64,000 nucleotides of DNA from positions 1,088,001-1,152,000 of the forward strand of contig CAXXWQ010000003.1 of assembly GCA_963674945.2 (NCBI GenBank), read 5' to 3'. Position numbers and translations under genes: made by a program. This DNA comes from an uncultured Desulfosarcina sp. (GTDB lineage Bacteria; Desulfobacterota; Desulfobacteria; Desulfobacterales; Desulfosarcinaceae). Position 1 is the stretch's first letter. Every line of letters starts with the position of its first letter. The notes under the pieces are model-generated. The model was not told where the DNA came from. It was given only the letters and a program-made list of their open reading frames with translations, and did no database searches. Below, one piece after another: positions 1 to 9,319 of the stretch.

Positions 1-134
1 GCGCTTTTTAAAAAGGATACAGGCCCAACCCGCGTCACTGACGCCAAGTGAGCCCGAAGCATTGTCGGGCCTCTATTCAACAGGATTCCGGTCAATAAGG
101 CTGTTTGTACCGGCGATTCGGTGATCGGCCTTTC

Positions 135-416
135 TTACCGTCGTTTCACCCGTTTGTGTACCGTCGCCACCTTGGTGGACATGTCATCCACCGTTTTCTT
201 CATCTGGCTGACATTGCTGTCCGTACTGATCAACACACTCTCGATGGTGTCCACATCGGAAACCAGTTTCAACCCTGTGTGCTTTAACGTACGCACCTCG
301 ATATTTTGATAGATGAGAAACCCGGTCACCCCGATCATCCAAAGGGCAACGCCATAGGTACGCCAATGCCGTTTCAAGTTTGCAGCTAAATTTTCCATTT
401 TCCTTCCCTCGTACAA
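135..416 (-). CDS. Small hypothetical protein (N-terminal TM helix + coiled coil)
   Basis: 93-aa ORF; hydrophobic stretch YGVALWMIGVTGFLIY followed by a heptad-like helix; sigma28-like promoter upstream. Confidence 0.6.
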   Translation of the reverse strand: MYEGRKMENLAANLKRHWRTYGVALWMIGVTGFLIYQNIEVRTLKHTGLKLVSDVDTIESVLISTDSNVSQMKKTVDDMSTKVATVHKRVKRR

Positions 417-458
417 CCGTTTTGGACAATATACACGAAGTCCTTATGATTATGGTTG

Positions 459-485
459 TTATCGGCTTTTATAATCAAACCTTGA
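459..485 (-). promoter_or_regulatory. Putative sigma28 (FliA) promoter
   Basis: Minus strand TCAA-N15-GCCGATAA. Confidence 0.45.
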
Positions 486-628
486 CGGATTCGTGAAAAG
501 TCCGATATCGGCGTTACGCTTCATCCTTCGTCACTGTGGCGTACGATACGTACGCCTCATTCCTCACGGACTCGCAATCCTTGATCTCGGGCTTTTCGCG
601 AATCCGTCCGAACAGCGACTTTTTGCGA
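482..628 (+). repeat. MITE-like palindromic repeat, family A copy 1
   Basis: Similar to 9015-9170 and 49842-49998; internal IR gacggattcgtgaaaagtccga / tcgggcttttcgcgaatccgtc. Confidence 0.8.
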
Positions 629-657
629 TGGAGGCGGTAAAATCGATGGAATCGGAT

Positions 658-1176
658 TCAGGAAGGAAATAAACGCCGCCATACCCGTCGATACGGCCGT
701 ATCATGAAGAACCGAATGAGCCGGCTGAAGCCGCCCATGACGTGACCGATCTCTTTTTCCACGGTCGGTTCCAGGCGGCAAAAAGAGATGATACAACGCT
801 CCGGACGCCGGTTGTCGGGAAAAAGACAGGGGCCCGTCCCGTTTTTCAAGAAGATACAATCTTGGGGAAAAATTCCCTCCTGTTCGATACAGGCGGCAAT
901 TTCCGGTTCCAAATGGGGTGAAAGGAGCAAAATGAACACCAGATCCCATTGGGTAATGATATCTTCGGGGCGGATGTTTTTACAGCACAGTCCCTTGCAC
1001 TTGACCATGCAGTTGGCCAGAATCGGCGCAGCCTTGCGTGTCAACGCACATTGGGCCTGGTGGATATCCCGACAGATGGCCAAGGCGGCGTTTTTTTCGT
1101 CGTCATTTAAAAGGCGGCATTTTTTCTTCGCCACCTTGAGGCTGTGAGTCAATCCCATGGCAACCCCATGCTGCAT
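658..1176 (-). CDS. Cys-rich hypothetical protein (YkgJ/CxxCxxCC-like putative metal-binding)
   Basis: CMVKCKGLCC, CIFL..GPCLF..RPERCIISFC motifs. Confidence 0.65.
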   Translation of the reverse strand: MQHGVAMGLTHSLKVAKKKCRLLNDDEKNAALAICRDIHQAQCALTRKAAPILANCMVKCKGLCCKNIRPEDIITQWDLVFILLLSPHLEPEIAACIEQEGIFPQDCIFLKNGTGPCLFPDNRRPERCIISFCRLEPTVEKEIGHVMGGFSRLIRFFMIRPYRRVWRRLFPS

Positions 1177-1200
1177 ACAAAATACGAATATTATCGGTTA

Positions 1201-2382
1201 CTAAATGAACCGTTTTTTCATTTCTCCCATGACCTCGTCCACGTTCTCCGGCCCGATACCATGCTCGGCACAAAGGGCGGTGATCTTGTTCCGGCGCCTC
1301 GGGCTTGATAGATCGTCCAGACGGCTGCAGAGCCCTGCCCTGCGACCCACCTGAAACAGGCACTGGTCATCGGGGGAAAGCGCCAGGAATCGATCCAGCA
1401 CCGATAGAATTTCGGTTTTGGCGCTTGGCATTCGCCCGCAAACCGCCTCGATCAGATTGAGGACATGGTCACTGGTGATCGTGCTGGTGATACCTTCCAA
1501 CTGATTGATAAAGAGCCTGATTTCCCGAATCATCTCCACATCGCTAAGGCATTGGAATGCACCGGTTCGATGAAGTTCGGACAAAGGGGCTGCCCCGGGA
1601 ATGGCAAGGGTACGAAGGCGAATGAAATCCGGGTCGATCTGGTTCAATGCGTCAGCGGTCTCCTTCGCATGCACTTCGGACAGCGCCCTGCCCCCCAGTC
1701 CCGGCATCACGTACTCGGAAAGTGTCATGCCCGCCTGCTTCACCTTTTGTCCTGCCTTGATCTGCGTTTTTTTATCCGCGCCTTTTTTCATCATTTCCAG
1801 GACGGCATCACTGCCGGACTCCAGCCCAACGTGTATCCGGTTCAGACCGGCCGTTCGCATTTGCGAAAGGTGCTCGTCGCCGATTCGGGCAAGGGTGCGG
1901 GAACGGGCGTAGGAGGTGATTCGTTCGACCCATGGGAATCGGTTGGTAAGATGGCGCAGGATTCGGATCAGATGATCGGGTTTGACCACCAGGCTGTTGG
2001 CATCCTGGAGAAAAATGGAGGTCATGCCGCCGGCATACCAGTGAAACGCGGCACCAAATGCCTGTCGCGCACCGTCGTCCATGGACGCGAACCGCTCACT
2101 TACGTCCTTTCGAAGAATTCGTCCCGAACCGTCCGCAAGGGATCGCAAGGTTGAAACGTGCCGATGCACGGCATCGATGTCCTCGATCACGTGGGACAGG
2201 GGGCGAATGGAAAATCGCTCATTCTTATAGATGGGACAGAAAACGCAGTGGTTCCAGGGGCAGTTACGCGTTACGCGAATGAGAAGACTGCGGGCTTCGC
2301 TGGGTGGCCGGATGGGCCCCTGTTCGAATCCGTTGTACCAATCCTTTTGGTCCCGGCTCGGTTTCATTGATGATATCTCCAT
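1201..2382 (-). CDS. Radical SAM protein
   Basis: CPWNHCVFC (CxxxCxxC), IRPPSEA, GLESGSD motifs. Confidence 0.9.
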   Translation of the reverse strand: MEISSMKPSRDQKDWYNGFEQGPIRPPSEARSLLIRVTRNCPWNHCVFCPIYKNERFSIRPLSHVIEDIDAVHRHVSTLRSLADGSGRILRKDVSERFASMDDGARQAFGAAFHWYAGGMTSIFLQDANSLVVKPDHLIRILRHLTNRFPWVERITSYARSRTLARIGDEHLSQMRTAGLNRIHVGLESGSDAVLEMMKKGADKKTQIKAGQKVKQAGMTLSEYVMPGLGGRALSEVHAKETADALNQIDPDFIRLRTLAIPGAAPLSELHRTGAFQCLSDVEMIREIRLFINQLEGITSTITSDHVLNLIEAVCGRMPSAKTEILSVLDRFLALSPDDQCLFQVGRRAGLCSRLDDLSSPRRRNKITALCAEHGIGPENVDEVMGEMKKRFI

Positions 2383-2733
2383 CTCCCTGCATCCAATGTT
2401 GACGGCTTCGTAAATGGTCCAGCCATTGCGGGCTTAGCATGAACCAGGGTGAGCTGTTAGCATCTATATACTTGGCATTTATCAGAATTTCAATTATCAG
2501 CTATCGGGTTTCAGGCAGCACCTCAAAAATTCTTTGAAATCATTCTGCTAATCGCTCAATTAGATATAATTATCTGATATTTCTAAATCAAAAGTAAATC
2601 CGGCCGAAAAAGAATTGTGAAGGTCCGGGTATAGAGAACCTGACTTCGGGTTTCCCATGTAAGTGGGATTCGTTACGATCGCGGAAAATTACAGGAGCCA
2701 GAACAAATGGATCGAGCCGAAGGCGAGTACCTT

Positions 2734-2768
2734 ATTCTGGATTCTGAATTCTGACTCCTGGATTCTCG
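2734..2768 (+). repeat. Heptamer tandem repeat (ATTCTGR x5)
   Basis: attctgg attctga attctga ctcctgg attctcg. Confidence 0.7.
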
Positions 2769-2887
2769 TATCATAACTACGGTGGTGCCATTTATCTCGG
2801 AGTTGGCCCGCAGTTCGTCTTTGACAACCATTGCGGCCATACCGTATGGTAAGCCTTCTGATCGCGAAAACCATCTGGAAGCGGACG

Positions 2888-3904
2888 ATGTGGAAAAAAC
2901 TGGGTTTGATTCTATCCATAATCATCTTTTCGGCCATCTGTGCAACCTCCATTGCTTATATGCACCTTCAATCCTGGGCCGATCAGCCCATGGGAATCGG
3001 TGAAGCGGAAAAATTGTTCACCCTCACCCCTGGCCAGGGACTGAAGAAAACGGCCCGTGCATTGGAACAAGAGGGTCTGGTTTCCGATGCCCTTCGTTTC
3101 ACGATCCTCGCAAGGCTCGAAAACCAGGACAAACTTCTCAAGGCAGGTGAATATTTTTTTTCCAATACCATGACACCCAGGGAAATCCTCGGCCAGATGG
3201 TGAAAGGCCGGGTACATCTCTACCGCGTAACCATTCCGGAGGGGTTCAATCTCGTACAGATCGCCGCCGCCGTTGCAGCTGCCGGTCTGGAATCGGAAGA
3301 GCAGTTTCTCGCGGTGGCCCGTGACCCGCAAACGGCGAAAAAAATGGGCATCGAAGCCAAAACCCTGGAAGGGTATCTGTTCCCGGACACCTATTACTTT
3401 CCCAAGGGGTTGGATGCAGCAACGATTATCGCCACAATGGTCAAACAGTTCAGGGCCGCATTTTTGCCGGAGTGGGAGGATAGAGCCGAAGACCTGAAAA
3501 TGAGCATACACGAGGTGACGACCCTGGCCTCGATTATCGAAAAGGAGACCGGCGCTCCCGAAGAGCGCCCGATCATCGCATCGGTTTTTCACAATCGGCT
3601 TCAAAAAGGCATGCGCCTGGAGACCGATCCCACCGTCATCTATGGTATTGTCGACTTCGACGGCAACATCAAACGACGGCACCTTACGACCTATACCCCG
3701 TATAATACTTACAAGATCAAGGGGCTTCCCCCCGGTCCCATCGCCAGCCCCGGGGCAAAGGCCATAGAGGCGGCCTTGTTTCCCGCCAAAACCGACTACC
3801 TTTACTTTGTTTCCAAAAAGGATGGAACCCATCACTTCTCCACCACAATCGAGCAGCATAACGCGGCGGTACGAAAGTATCAGTTAAGGAAAAGAAAACG
3901 TTGA
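2888..3904 (+). CDS. mltG: Endolytic transglycosylase MltG
   Basis: N-terminal TM, LEGYLFPDTY, LASIIEKET, YNTY..GLPPGPIASPG; ATG 2888 preferred. Confidence 0.95.
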   Translation: MWKKLGLILSIIIFSAICATSIAYMHLQSWADQPMGIGEAEKLFTLTPGQGLKKTARALEQEGLVSDALRFTILARLENQDKLLKAGEYFFSNTMTPREILGQMVKGRVHLYRVTIPEGFNLVQIAAAVAAAGLESEEQFLAVARDPQTAKKMGIEAKTLEGYLFPDTYYFPKGLDAATIIATMVKQFRAAFLPEWEDRAEDLKMSIHEVTTLASIIEKETGAPEERPIIASVFHNRLQKGMRLETDPTVIYGIVDFDGNIKRRHLTTYTPYNTYKIKGLPPGPIASPGAKAIEAALFPAKTDYLYFVSKKDGTHHFSTTIEQHNAAVRKYQLRKRKR

Positions 3905-5007
3905 AAAATGGTTCCGAGAAGAAACTCCGGTCCGGTTTCACGACCGGCGCCGCGGCGGCCGCTGCGTCCAAGGCCGCCCTGCAACTGTTGTTGACCGGTC
4001 AACCGCCAGGACAGGTAACCATCACCTTTCTGACAGGGGCGTCGACGACGATTCCGGTGCACCGTTGTGAGAAGACCGAAGAAAACACGGCATGGTGCAC
4101 GGTTATCAAGGACGCCGGTGATGATCCCGACATCACCCATGGCGCCGAAATCGGCGCTACTGTGACCTTTGAAGAAAATACCGGCGATGAAACAATAAAG
4201 ATCACGGGAGGGGAAGGTGTCGGCATGGTGACGAAACCCGGTCTCGGGATTCCCACCGGCCGGGCGGCCATCACGTCGGGTCCCGATTCCATGATCAGAA
4301 ACAGTGTCCAGGAGGTTCTCGCCGATCATCCCATGAACGAAAAGATACACATCCAGGTGTTCGTTCCCAAAGGAAAACTTCTGGCACGAAAAACCCTCAA
4401 CGCCCGACTGGGAATCGTCGACGGCATTTCCATCTTGGGTACCACCGGTATCGTCCGGCCCATGTCCCACGAGGCGTATGTGGCAACGATCGAAAGGGCC
4501 ATGGATGTTGCACGCGCAATGGGTTTGTCCCACCTCGTGCTGACCACCGGAAGACGCAGCGAACGATTCGCCCAGAATCGCTGGCCACAGATGGCCGAGG
4601 AGAGTTTTGTCCAAATCGGAGATTTCTTCGAGAAGGCCATGTCCGCTGCTGCCGACCGCGGTTTTGGTTCGGCGACCCTGGCCGTTTTTTTCGGTAAAGC
4701 GGTCAAGATGGCCCAAAACATCCCCCACACCCACGCGGCCAAATCCGAGATGTGTTTACGGAAACTGGCCGACTGGACCTTGGCAATAACGAAAAATCAG
4801 AAACTGGCAAACCGGATCGCTGCCGCCAACACCGCCCGGCACGCCTTCGATCCACTCAAGACCGCCGCCATGCCGGTCATTGCCCATGTGGCCGAACAGG
4901 CCCGTGCCAGCGCCCTGGGATTCGCCCAGAACGCCCTGGCCGTCCGATATGTCATTTTCGACTACGATGGAGCGACGGTGGTTGACACAAAGCCGGATTA
5001 CGGCTAG
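3901..5007 (+). CDS. cbiD: Cobalt-precorrin-5B C1-methyltransferase
   Basis: LRSGFTTG, KDAGDDPDITHG, GISILGTTGIV. Confidence 0.95.
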   Translation: MKNGSEKKLRSGFTTGAAAAAASKAALQLLLTGQPPGQVTITFLTGASTTIPVHRCEKTEENTAWCTVIKDAGDDPDITHGAEIGATVTFEENTGDETIKITGGEGVGMVTKPGLGIPTGRAAITSGPDSMIRNSVQEVLADHPMNEKIHIQVFVPKGKLLARKTLNARLGIVDGISILGTTGIVRPMSHEAYVATIERAMDVARAMGLSHLVLTTGRRSERFAQNRWPQMAEESFVQIGDFFEKAMSAAADRGFGSATLAVFFGKAVKMAQNIPHTHAAKSEMCLRKLADWTLAITKNQKLANRIAAANTARHAFDPLKTAAMPVIAHVAEQARASALGFAQNALAVRYVIFDYDGATVVDTKPDYG

Positions 5008-5163
5008 TGTATTTGAGATTTGGGGTAATCGGTCTTTATCGCAAGGCACGACTTGCATCGGACCATTACATGACAGTGTTCATTCAGATCTCGGCCAAAG
5101 CGAAAAATGGCTTGACCATCTGGGGACGTCTACGAACATTAACAAACGTGGGGGCTACATCGT

Positions 5164-6414
5164 ATGACTGCACAAATTACCATTATCGGCATGGGCGTAA
5201 GCCCGGAGGACCTGGCCCCCCGGCAACGGGAAATCATTGAAGCCGCGGACATTCTCGTGGGAAGCCAGCGGCTGCTCGATCTGTTTTCTCACCTTTCCTG
5301 CCAGCGTCGGATCATCGACAATGATCTGGAAGGACTGTACAAATTTATCGAAACACGTATGTCCGAAAACAAAATCGTCGTACTCACCTCAGGCGACCCT
5401 CTGTTTTTCAGCATCGGTGTGCTTCTGGTGCGACGGTTGGGTGCCAGACGGGTTCAGATTTTCCCCAATGTTTCGGCCGTAGCCGCCGCCTTTGCCAAGC
5501 TGGGTGAACCCTGGAGCGAGACACGCGTGGTGAGTCTGCACGGACGGGACCGTACCGGTGAATTGCTTCGCTATCTGTCACTGGGAGAGACGGTTGCCGT
5601 TTACACGGACCCTACCCACACGCCGGCCTGGATCGCAGAAACCCTCTTGTCGAACGCATTGTCGGACATCTCGATGTGGGTTCTGGAAGAACTTGGCGGG
5701 CCGGATGAACGAGTCACACGGATCACCCCGGAACGGGCACGCGCCAAGACCTTTCACGATCTCAACCTGGTGGTGCTGAAACCCGATCCGGCACGGCAAA
5801 CCCGCAGCCTTCTTTTTTCCGGCATGCCAGATGACTGGTTTTCCCATGAGAACGGACTGATCACCAAATCCGAAATCCGGGCCATCAGCCTCTCCCGGCT
5901 GCGCCTTTTCGACCGGGCCGTCTTCTGGGATCTGGGTGCGGGAAGCGGGTCCATATCCATTGAAGCGGGTCAGTTCATCACCCGGGGGGAAATCTTCGCG
6001 GTGGAACAAAGTGCAGAGCGGATACGTCATATCCGCGAAAATCGCGCCCGGTTTTGTATCGGCAATATGAAGGCGATCGAGGCCCGCATCCCCGATGGCC
6101 TGACCGATCTTCCCGATCCGGACCGGATATTTGTCGGCGGCGGTGGAGAGGACCTTGAGCAAATTATACCGATTGTCGTAAAACGGCTGAAACCTGCCGG
6201 CATTATCGTTATCAACACCGTGTTACTCCACAATCTTATGGCGGCCACGGCGTCGCTGGAAAAATTGGGATTGGAAATGGACACGGTGCAGGTTCAGGTA
6301 AACCGGGCAACGGCAATGCCCTTCAGCCACCGACTGGAGGCCCTCAATCCCGTCTGGATCATCTCAGGGCGCAAACCCGGCCCGAATTCCCAGGGGATGT
6401 TATATGGCCAATAA
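5164..6414 (+). CDS. cbiET: Bifunctional precorrin-6Y/7 C5,15-methyltransferase CbiE-CbiT (CobL)
   Basis: SGDPLFFSIG, SLHGR, ITKSEIR, WDLGAGSGS. Confidence 0.93.
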   Translation: MTAQITIIGMGVSPEDLAPRQREIIEAADILVGSQRLLDLFSHLSCQRRIIDNDLEGLYKFIETRMSENKIVVLTSGDPLFFSIGVLLVRRLGARRVQIFPNVSAVAAAFAKLGEPWSETRVVSLHGRDRTGELLRYLSLGETVAVYTDPTHTPAWIAETLLSNALSDISMWVLEELGGPDERVTRITPERARAKTFHDLNLVVLKPDPARQTRSLLFSGMPDDWFSHENGLITKSEIRAISLSRLRLFDRAVFWDLGAGSGSISIEAGQFITRGEIFAVEQSAERIRHIRENRARFCIGNMKAIEARIPDGLTDLPDPDRIFVGGGGEDLEQIIPIVVKRLKPAGIIVINTVLLHNLMAATASLEKLGLEMDTVQVQVNRATAMPFSHRLEALNPVWIISGRKPGPNSQGMLYGQ

Positions 6415-6685
6415 CGTGACGATCCCAGATACCCCAGCCGATGCTTTGGCAGATGGAGCAAAGAACCCCGTCATCATCTGTGGTGCAGTTCCGGGTGATC
6501 CGGATCTGATCACCGTGAAAGGGAAAAAGGGCCTGTCGTCGGCGCAACTGGCGGTATGTGCCGTGGCTGTCGTCTGCAGGGCCGGTCATCCGGACCAGCA
6601 GGTCCTGTGGACCACCACGGGGAAACTGTCCGACTACGACCGTCATCTTGCCCATGGCTATCGAGAGGCGCAGGAAGGACGGTGA
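6404..6685 (+). pseudogene. cbiF: Internally deleted precorrin-4 C11-methyltransferase (CbiF/CobM) remnant
   Basis: 93 aa retaining GxxPGDPDLITVKG, VAVVxRAGHPDQQ and a terminal HGYR, in the cbiF position between cbiT and cbiG. Confidence 0.75.
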
Positions 6686-7767
6686 GGGAAGCAATTGATG
6701 GTCCGATTGCCGTCTGGGCAATTACCCCCGAAGGAGCCCGGATCGCTCGCACAATCGCCAAAAGCATCGAAGGGTCCTCTCTTTTTCTCTCGGAAAATCT
6801 AGTGGCCCCGAACCGGGGTGAAACCGGTTTTACGCATCTGAAACCGGTGGTGGAAGAACATTTTTTCCGTTTCCCCGGCCACGTCTTCATCATGGCCACG
6901 GGCATCGTTGTCCGCACCATCGCCGGACAACTGGTTCACAAGATATCGGATCCGGCAGTGGTGGTCTGCGACGACGCCGGGCAGTTTGCCATCAGCCTGC
7001 TCTCGGGTCACGTGGGCGGAGCCAATGACCTGTCGCGGCAGGTGGCCCGAATCATCGGCGGAACACCGGTGATCACCACTGCAACGGATGTGAACCGTCT
7101 GCCCGCCATTGATCTCATCGCCAAATCCCAACACCTTGCCATCGAAAACCCCGATGCCATTAAATCGGTAAACATGGCCATTCTCACCGGCCGCCCCATC
7201 ATCGTGCACGATCCATATGGACGGATCCTTCCCCATTTGGCAGAAGCCGATGTATGCGTAGGCGGGGCGGACCGTTTCGAATCCGATCGTGCCGGTGTTT
7301 TCGTGGATCATGTGTGCCTTGACCTCCCCCCCGAAGTACTGGTATTGAGACCCGGATCGTTGGTAGCCGGAATGGGATGCAACCGGGGAACCGAAGCCGA
7401 AGAGATGCGCGAACTGCTGGTCCGGACACTGACCGACAACGGTCTTTCCCGATCCAGCCTGCGCGCATTGGCCACGGTGGATGTAAAGGCCGATGAGCCC
7501 GGCCTTCTGTCCCTGGCCGCGTCCATGAACATTCCGCTACAAATATTCAAGCGCAACAGTCTGGACCAGGTAAAAGACGTACCCAACCCGTCTGCCATGG
7601 TCGAAAAACACATAGGAGTAAAAAGCGTATGCGAAGCGGCGGCCTTGCTGGCGACCCACCGGGGACATCTGGTCGTTCCCAAACGAAAAACGGCCAACGC
7701 AACGGTGGCGATCGCCGCGGACGGCTATACATCGTCGGTATCGGACCGGGTGGACCGGACCACCTGA
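6682..7767 (+). CDS. cbiG: Cobalt-precorrin-5A hydrolase
   Basis: MATGIVVR, DPAVVV, LLSGHVGGAN, ITTATD, GMGC, VCEAAAL; GTG 6682 overlaps upstream stop. Confidence 0.93.
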   Translation: MREAIDGPIAVWAITPEGARIARTIAKSIEGSSLFLSENLVAPNRGETGFTHLKPVVEEHFFRFPGHVFIMATGIVVRTIAGQLVHKISDPAVVVCDDAGQFAISLLSGHVGGANDLSRQVARIIGGTPVITTATDVNRLPAIDLIAKSQHLAIENPDAIKSVNMAILTGRPIIVHDPYGRILPHLAEADVCVGGADRFESDRAGVFVDHVCLDLPPEVLVLRPGSLVAGMGCNRGTEAEEMRELLVRTLTDNGLSRSSLRALATVDVKADEPGLLSLAASMNIPLQIFKRNSLDQVKDVPNPSAMVEKHIGVKSVCEAAALLATHRGHLVVPKRKTANATVAIAADGYTSSVSDRVDRTT

Positions 7768-8501
7768 GCAACCGTGCGGCCCAGGTATTGGAGACCGTCG
7801 ACGCCGTGGCCGGGTACACCACCTATATCGAACTGATCCGTCCCCTGATCGAAGGCAAGCGGATCATCAGCACGGCCATGAAAAAGGAAGTGGACCGTGT
7901 GGCCGCGGCCATGGACCTGGCCCTTTCGGGCACCGCTTGCGCCATCGTTTCCAGTGGTGACCCGGGTGTCTACGCCATGGCCGGGCTGGTGTTGGAAATG
8001 TGCCGGGAACGGGACATTCCCATCGGCCGCAGAAAAGAAGTGCCGGGCACCGAACAGGGGCTGGCCATCGAAGTGGTTCCCGGCATCCCGGCCCTGTGTT
8101 CGGGAGCTTCTCTTCTGGGAGCGCCATTGACTCACGATTTTGCCGCCATCTCCCTTTCCGATCTGCTTACACCCTGGGAAACCATCGAAAAACGTCTCGC
8201 AGCCGCAGCCGTGGCCGATTTCGTCATCGTCATTTACAATCCCAAAAGCCGACGCCGGGCCGACCACCTGACCCGCGCCCAGCAGATCGTTCTGGCCCAT
8301 CGGCCGCCTGGCACACCCGTAGGCATCGTCACCGGCGCCATGCGGGAAAATCAGCGGGTCGCACTGACCACCCTCGGCGAACTGGATCGGGCCGAGGTGG
8401 ACATGCAGACCACCGTCTTCATCGGAAACGGTTCTACCTTCAATTACGACGGATTCATGATCACGCCACGGGGATATGCAAAAAAATATGACATTCGATA
8501 A
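7629..8501 (+). CDS. cbiH: Precorrin-3B C17-methyltransferase
   Basis: LYIVGIGPG, SSGDPGVYAM, HDFAAISLSDLLTPW, MITPRGY; AGGAG RBS upstream of 7629. Confidence 0.93.
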   Translation: MRSGGLAGDPPGTSGRSQTKNGQRNGGDRRGRLYIVGIGPGGPDHLSNRAAQVLETVDAVAGYTTYIELIRPLIEGKRIISTAMKKEVDRVAAAMDLALSGTACAIVSSGDPGVYAMAGLVLEMCRERDIPIGRRKEVPGTEQGLAIEVVPGIPALCSGASLLGAPLTHDFAAISLSDLLTPWETIEKRLAAAAVADFVIVIYNPKSRRRADHLTRAQQIVLAHRPPGTPVGIVTGAMRENQRVALTTLGELDRAEVDMQTTVFIGNGSTFNYDGFMITPRGYAKKYDIR

Positions 8502-9012
8502 GGGATACATCCAAGTCTATACCGGCGACGGGAAAGGCAAAACCACGGCCGCTCTGGGCCTGGCCATCCGGGCCGCCGGGGCAGGTCTTCGGGTATTCAT
8601 CGCCCAGTTCATCAAATCCGGCGACTACAGCGAGATCAAGGCCCTGTCACGCTTTTCCGACCGGATCACCATCCGTCAATTCGGTCGGGGCCGATTCATC
8701 AAGAATCGGCCTTCGCCGGAGGACAGCAAAGCGGCCCAAGAGGGAGTAAAAGCCGTGATCGAGGCCATGCATTCGGGCCAATATCAGGTGGTGATCATGG
8801 AAGAGGGAAATGTGGCGGCCAGGTTGGGACTGTTCACGACGCAGGAACTGCTTGCCATCATGGAACAAAAACCCGGTGGTGTGGAACTGGTGATAACAGG
8901 ACGCGGCGCCGATCCAAGGGTCATCGAACGTGCCGATCTGGTGACGGAGATGAAAGCGGTGAAACATTACTACGAAGAGGGTGTGCCAGCGAGGGTCGGA
9001 ATCGAAAAGTAA
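8488..9012 (+). CDS. cobO: Cob(I)yrinic acid a,c-diamide adenosyltransferase (CobA/CobO/BtuR)
   Basis: YTGDGKGKTTAALG, LVITGR, ADLVTEM. Confidence 0.95.
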   Translation: MTFDKGYIQVYTGDGKGKTTAALGLAIRAAGAGLRVFIAQFIKSGDYSEIKALSRFSDRITIRQFGRGRFIKNRPSPEDSKAAQEGVKAVIEAMHSGQYQVVIMEEGNVAARLGLFTTQELLAIMEQKPGGVELVITGRGADPRVIERADLVTEMKAVKHYYEEGVPARVGIEK

Positions 9013-9014
9013 GG

Positions 9015-9170
9015 TTGACGGCGTCGTAAAAAGTCCGATATCGGCGTTACGCTTCGCCCCTCGTCGCTGCGACATATTTCTGTACACGCCTCACTCCTCG
9101 GGACTCGCAGGCCTTGATCTCTGACTTTTTGCGACGCCGTCCGAAACATGGCTTTTTTCAAGTTCATCAA
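9015..9170 (+). repeat. MITE-like palindromic repeat, family A copy 2
   Basis: TTGACGG...CATCAA ends; homologous to 482-628. Confidence 0.85.
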
Positions 9171-9319
9171 GATTCGGTGGAGAGTTCAAGGATTCGAGTG
9201 AATGATATCATCATTTACGAATAACCAGATAGAAATCGCGACAAAAAAGATCCTTCGGCCGTTGTCACTTGGCCCCTTGAACCCTCGGCTCCTCGAACCC
9301 TATTTTAGCGAATGATACA

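Noticed and set aside
2400..2880. Cobalamin riboswitch upstream of the mltG-cbi run (also checked 5008-5163 and 16237-16375)
   Set aside because: No B12-box or GGGAA/GCCACTG core motifs recognised; only REP-like hairpins and heptamers. An Rfam scan would be decisive.
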